DNA from: Chrysochromulina tobinii
Taxonomy: Eukaryota
Direction of reading: 5' to 3'
NCBI GenBank assembly: GCA_001275005.1
Contig: JWZX01003370.1
Location: forward strand, 1 to 47,303
DNA: 47,303 nucleotides
Below, one piece after another: positions 43,046-47,303 of this stretch. The position numbers were made by a program, and so were the translations under genes. Position 1 is the stretch's first letter, and every line of letters begins with the position of its first letter. The notes beneath the pieces were generated by a model. It saw only the letters and a program-made list of their open reading frames with translations. It did no database searches and was not told where the DNA came from.

Positions 43046-45967
43046 TCATGCCCGATCGCCCAAGTCTTGAACATGTGCAGCAGCAGCAGCATTTTCCTCC
43101 AGCGCGAGGGCTGACCTGCAACGGCGTGTCTCAGGGTGCTCCCGCCCGAGGACGACGCTCATGCGCTCCAGGGCCGATTTCAGCGGCTCCAGCCCTCCAC
43201 CCTCTGCACATTGGAGCCGAGCGTGGACGGCCTCGAGCATCAGCGTCGTGTCCACCGTAGGTCCAAGCGCCTTACGCGCCATACCGATCACGCTTGCATC
43301 AATGAGCACGTGCGCGCTCTCGATGCGGCCTTGTGCGCGGCGCACGTCTGCGAGCCAGGCTTGTGAGCGCAGTCGGGTGCGATGGCCTTCAGCAAATGTT
43401 GCCACACAGCCGTCGAGCGCTTCGGACAGCAACACCTCGGCCTCATCGAGCTTACCCTGTTCATACAGCAGCAACCCCATGTTGCTGATCGAGGTGAGAG
43501 TGTCGGGGTGCCGAGGGCCAAGCGTTGCACGGCGCGCCTCGAGCGCCTCCCAACACAGCGGCGCCGCCTCGTCGAGCTTGCCCTGATCCTGCAGCAGCCT
43601 ACCCATATTGCTGATTGAGAAGAGAGTTTGAGCGTGCTGATAGGGAAGCGTTGCACGGCGCGCCTCGAGGGCCTCCTGAAGCAGGGGCGCCGCCTCGTCG
43701 AGCTTGCCCTGAGCCTGCAGCAGCAACCCCAGGTTGTTGATGGAGAAGAGAGTCTGAGGGTGTTGGTCACCAAGCGTTGCACGGCGCGCCTCGACTGCCT
43801 CCTTAAGCAGCGGCGCCGCCTTGTCGAGCTTGCCCTGGTCCTTCAGCAGCAACCCCAGGTTGTTGATGGAGAGCAGAGTGGTAGCATGCCGATCGCCGAG
43901 CGTCGCACGGCTCGCCTCGAGCGCCTCCCGGAACAGCGGCGCCGCCTCATCGAGCTTGCCCTGGTCCTTGAACAGCCTCCCCAGATTGTTGATTGAGGTG
44001 AGAGTGTCGGGGTGCCGATCGCCGAGCGTCGCACGGCTCACCTCGAGCGCCTCCCGGTACAGCGGCGCCGTCTCAACGAGCTTTCCCCGAACATGCAGCA
44101 GCCTCCCCAGATGATTGATGGAGTCGAGAGTCGTGCGGTGCCGGTCGCCGAGCGTCGCACGGCTGTTCTCAAGCGCCTCCCGGAGCAGCGTCGCCGCCTC
44201 GTCGAGCTTGCCCTTGTCAAACAGCAGCGATCCTAGATGGTTGATGGACTCGAGAGTGTCGGGGTGCCGATCGCCGAACGCTGCACGGCGCGCCTCGAGC
44301 GCCTCCCGGAGCAGTGGCTCCGATTCGATGAGCTTGCCCTGGACCTGCAACAGCCGCGCCAGCGCATCCTGCAGCTTCGACGTCGCACGCTTCTCGCCTG
44401 GCATGCGCATCAGCGCCGCGTGGCCCTCCGCCGCGAGCCACTCACGCATTTTGGCACACACGGCCTTAGTCACCGCACCGATGCCGCCCTCGAGCTTCGC
44501 CACCTCGGCCAGGATGTAGTCGCGGTCCTCGATCTTGCTGATCTGCGCGTCGGCCGCGTCAATGCCCGCCACGATGCTTTCAATCTCGTCAAACCGCGTC
44601 GTTAGCAGCGCCTCGAAACCATCCACATCCGCGGGCGCGAGCACCACGTGCAGCGTGGCGCCCTTGGCGAGCGCCTTGACGAGCTCGAACAAGCACCACG
44701 CGCGCGTCATCGCGCCCGGCCCGCGGCGCATCCAGCCGACGGGCGGCTCGCCGCGCTTGGGCAGGAAATAGGGCTGGTTGGGCGCGAGCCACTCGGCCGT
44801 GAGCGGCGAGCAGTACAGGAGGATCTCGCTGATGGCCGCCATCGCATCGGCAAAGACGTGGTCCGTGTCCTCCTTGCGCTCCTTGAAATCCTCGCTGCCC
44901 CAAACGAAATCTTCGGCACCAGCAAACTCGCCCGCCAGCAACGTCTGCGAAGCTGCAAAAATGTCAATCCACACAAAGCGCGTCACACCATCGGTGGCCT
45001 CGAGCTCGTCCAGCTTGCGCTCGACGGCGTCGAGCATGTCGCCCAGCGGCGTTCCCGTCCATGAGTAGGAAAAGAAGGTGGTCGCGAGGCCGATGAGCGC
45101 GCTCGCGTCCTCGCCGCGCTTTTCCGCCATGAGTGCGAGCGACTCGATAAGCGAGAGCCCTGTCGAGCGCGTGAGCGCGCACACGCTCGCCTCGAAACCT
45201 TCCTCGATGATCAGGTCGCCCATCAACTTGCCGAGCGCGCCGCGCGGGCCGTAAAAGCCCCGGATAGCGCGCAGCATTGCGCGGCTCATGCCGCGCTGGC
45301 CGCTCGGCATTCGGCGCGCGTGCGAGCGCACCGGCAATTGGAGCGTGCCCTTGGGCACGCGCGCCGCCGCGATCGCCTCGAGGAGCGAATCGGCGAGTAC
45401 GTGCTCCAATCGCTCGCGCCCTGCCTTCATCTCTGCCGCGCGCAGCTGCTTAATCTCTGCAGCGCGCAGCTGCTTGAACTTTTCGTATTCACCACTCAAA
45501 TTCACCACGCGCTCCTGCTTGAATTTGGCAATGTCGGCCGCCGCTTGTTGGCGCAGCATGATCGCCTCCTCCTCGAATTTCTCCCTGTCGAGCCGCGCGG
45601 TCATCTCCACCGACCTGGCTACCGACTCCAATTTCTTCCGGCGCTCGTCCTCCGCCTTGGCTTCATGAAGTTTGCGGTCCACGTTCTTGAAGCCTGGGGT
45701 GAAGGCCTTGATCGGGCCGACCTCGTCGAGCAGCGTGTCGAGCTCCACGCTATACTCATCTGCGACGGCAACGATCGCAAACTTGGTGGCGCACCCCAAG
45801 AGCTTCTTCTTGAGCTCCACTGACGGCAAGCCACGGCTCGCGAATGTCGCCTCGACGTGCTTCTTGATGCTGATAAAGGTGAGCTTGGGCAGGCGCGGGT
45901 CGGTAAGGTAGTCAATCTTGCCGCTGAAATACACACGCCGGTCCTCATTGGGCGACTCCAGGGACAT
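43046..45967 (-). CDS. Coiled coil + HET/TIR-like domain + array of 42-aa TPRs
   Basis: FFSYSW, FVWIDIFAASQ, MTRAWCLFEL and EDRDYIL motifs, then 8 well-formed TPR_10/12-type repeats (GDRHPDTLTSINNLG). Intronless; ATG at 45967. Confidence 0.88.
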   Translation of the reverse strand: MSLESPNEDRRVYFSGKIDYLTDPRLPKLTFISIKKHVEATFASRGLPSVELKKKLLGCATKFAIVAVADEYSVELDTLLDEVGPIKAFTPGFKNVDRKLHEAKAEDERRKKLESVARSVEMTARLDREKFEEEAIMLRQQAAADIAKFKQERVVNLSGEYEKFKQLRAAEIKQLRAAEMKAGRERLEHVLADSLLEAIAAARVPKGTLQLPVRSHARRMPSGQRGMSRAMLRAIRGFYGPRGALGKLMGDLIIEEGFEASVCALTRSTGLSLIESLALMAEKRGEDASALIGLATTFFSYSWTGTPLGDMLDAVERKLDELEATDGVTRFVWIDIFAASQTLLAGEFAGAEDFVWGSEDFKERKEDTDHVFADAMAAISEILLYCSPLTAEWLAPNQPYFLPKRGEPPVGWMRRGPGAMTRAWCLFELVKALAKGATLHVVLAPADVDGFEALLTTRFDEIESIVAGIDAADAQISKIEDRDYILAEVAKLEGGIGAVTKAVCAKMREWLAAEGHAALMRMPGEKRATSKLQDALARLLQVQGKLIESEPLLREALEARRAAFGDRHPDTLESINHLGSLLFDKGKLDEAATLLREALENSRATLGDRHRTTLDSINHLGRLLHVRGKLVETAPLYREALEVSRATLGDRHPDTLTSINNLGRLFKDQGKLDEAAPLFREALEASRATLGDRHATTLLSINNLGLLLKDQGKLDKAAPLLKEAVEARRATLGDQHPQTLFSINNLGLLLQAQGKLDEAAPLLQEALEARRATLPYQHAQTLFSISNMGRLLQDQGKLDEAAPLCWEALEARRATLGPRHPDTLTSISNMGLLLYEQGKLDEAEVLLSEALDGCVATFAEGHRTRLRSQAWLADVRRAQGRIESAHVLIDASVIGMARKALGPTVDTTLMLEAVHARLQCAEGGGLEPLKSALERMSVVLGREHPETRRCRSALALEENAAAAAHVQDLGDRA

Positions 45968-45992
45968 CCCAGGAGAGCACCACTTCTGTAGA

Positions 45993-47303
45993 ACTTTGCC
46001 ACGAGCGCCCAAGGAAACAAGCGAAACAGATTTGTCTCTTTACTTGTATAGGAGCTTGCTTTATTCAAATTCTGAACAAAACTTCTGAACAGAAGCGGAC
46101 CCACACATATTGACGAAACTCTTCTTTCAAATCCGTACTTGCCGAACCAAATCTGAAATCGCCGTCGGCTTCCGCTTCCGACCTCATCCGCACCCGGAGC
46201 TCTCATGCCGCCTTGCGCCTTCGAACTTTGGAGTGTTGGGGGATACGATGTGAACCACTGCATCCGCGGATACAAGGGCGAGAATGACTGCTGTTGCGTC
46301 TTCGGGAACCACTGTTGCGCGACAGACGAGCCGTGCATCCATATCGGATGCATGGAGCCCAACAAGGAGAAAGGTGAGTGCTGGAAGTGGGGCTGCGGCT
46401 GCTACTCGTTCGGCTGTAAGGTGCCACAGAACGGCATTGGCGTCAGCGGCTGGGAGCGCGGCTGTTGCTTCTTTGGCGCTACGGCTTGCGGCTGCATGGC
46501 CCCCAGCAAGGAAGTGCCGGTGAAGTTGAATGACGAGAATTGGGGGAAGACTGCGGAGATGGCTCGTGTCTAGCATGGAGCTCTGGATGCGGACGCGGTG
46601 AGCCGGCCATGCGGAAGCCCTGGCGACGCCGTACGCTCACACACACAAGTACGTTGGCTTATACCGTTCAAGAGCGGTCAACGGCATGGGTGCCCATTCG
46701 TTGATTCTTCAAGCATCACATGGAGCAGGTGTGAGACGCCAAAGGGATCCGGATGAAGACAACCGATGTGTTGGAGATGCGCCTTATGGAGGTCGCGCTT
46801 GACACAGGCGGGCGGCCCTAAGTGGCCGTTCCGTTGGCTGCGTGAATGGGGTATGGGCATGGCGGGGGCCTCTATCCACGGGGGACTAGCGCATAGCGGA
46901 ACCACCTAGCGACGTACACAGTGTCGGACGGTCTACGGGGCGGCTCTCGAGGTGGAGGTCGCTCCGCGCGTCGCGACGGGTCCTGCTCGATCGTCGATTA
47001 TAGAGATACTGTTGCTATCGTCCGAAACACTCAACCACCCAACTAATCCGCCCACGCACAGTCTCAGCTCCCTCGTGTCACACCCTCAGCTTTCGGCGCT
47101 TCCGTTCATGGGTTCTTCGCCCCCCCTTCAAGAGGCTTTCCCGTTTCCGCCACATGCCATCTCAACCGACACCGATGCTTGGCCCCAGAATGGCACATGG
47201 TGGCACCGCCCGCCAGACACCACTCACGACGCGAGCGCCTTGGAGAGCGCGCGCGGACGACCTGGGGTTGGGCGACGGATCAACACCTATACATGACTCC
47301 AGC
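45993..47303 (+). repeat. Repeat unit copy 3 (runs off the window end)
   Basis: Colinear with copy 2 up to ...caacacctatacatgactccagc. Confidence 0.93.
46205..46573 (+). CDS. 122-aa cysteine-rich protein, copy 3
   Basis: Paralog of 35624-35992 and 37046-37414. Confidence 0.7.
   Translation: MPPCAFELWSVGGYDVNHCIRGYKGENDCCCVFGNHCCATDEPCIHIGCMEPNKEKGECWKWGCGCYSFGCKVPQNGIGVSGWERGCCFFGATACGCMAPSKEVPVKLNDENWGKTAEMARV

Overview
GC-rich eukaryotic genomic DNA with short GT-AG introns, some filled with 10-11 nt tandem repeats, and an ASAF-type plastid-targeting peptide. It is most likely from a haptophyte alga (Chrysochromulina-like; inferred, not searched). About 24 protein-coding loci can be read. 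They include a PBZ-PNK 3'-phosphatase, an RRM protein, a processive GT2 glycosyltransferase, an NYN protein, an FSH1-like pseudo-hydrolase, an EGLN-like 2OG-Fe(II) oxygenase, a macrodomain protein, a degenerate kinesin-TPR fusion, an EAG-like K+ channel, a BART protein, a giant double RasGAP-VPS9 protein and an SMP protein. The most striking pattern is four putative innate-immunity genes with HET/TIR-like domains and different partner modules (multi-TM, Cys-rich, LRR, TPR array), none with an NB-ARC/NACHT domain. All four sit between direct duplications of neighbouring DNA. One lies between two copies of a ~0.47 kb intergenic spacer (16.1-19.8 kb). Three lie between copies of a ~2.2 kb repeat unit that carries a variable 122-aa Cys-rich ORF and an inverted segment (35.4-47.3 kb). 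A miniature 'duplicate-and-insert' pattern also appears in two introns that begin with a copy of the downstream exon start and are filled with branch-point-like (CTGAY) repeats. All domain calls are from motif recognition by eye.
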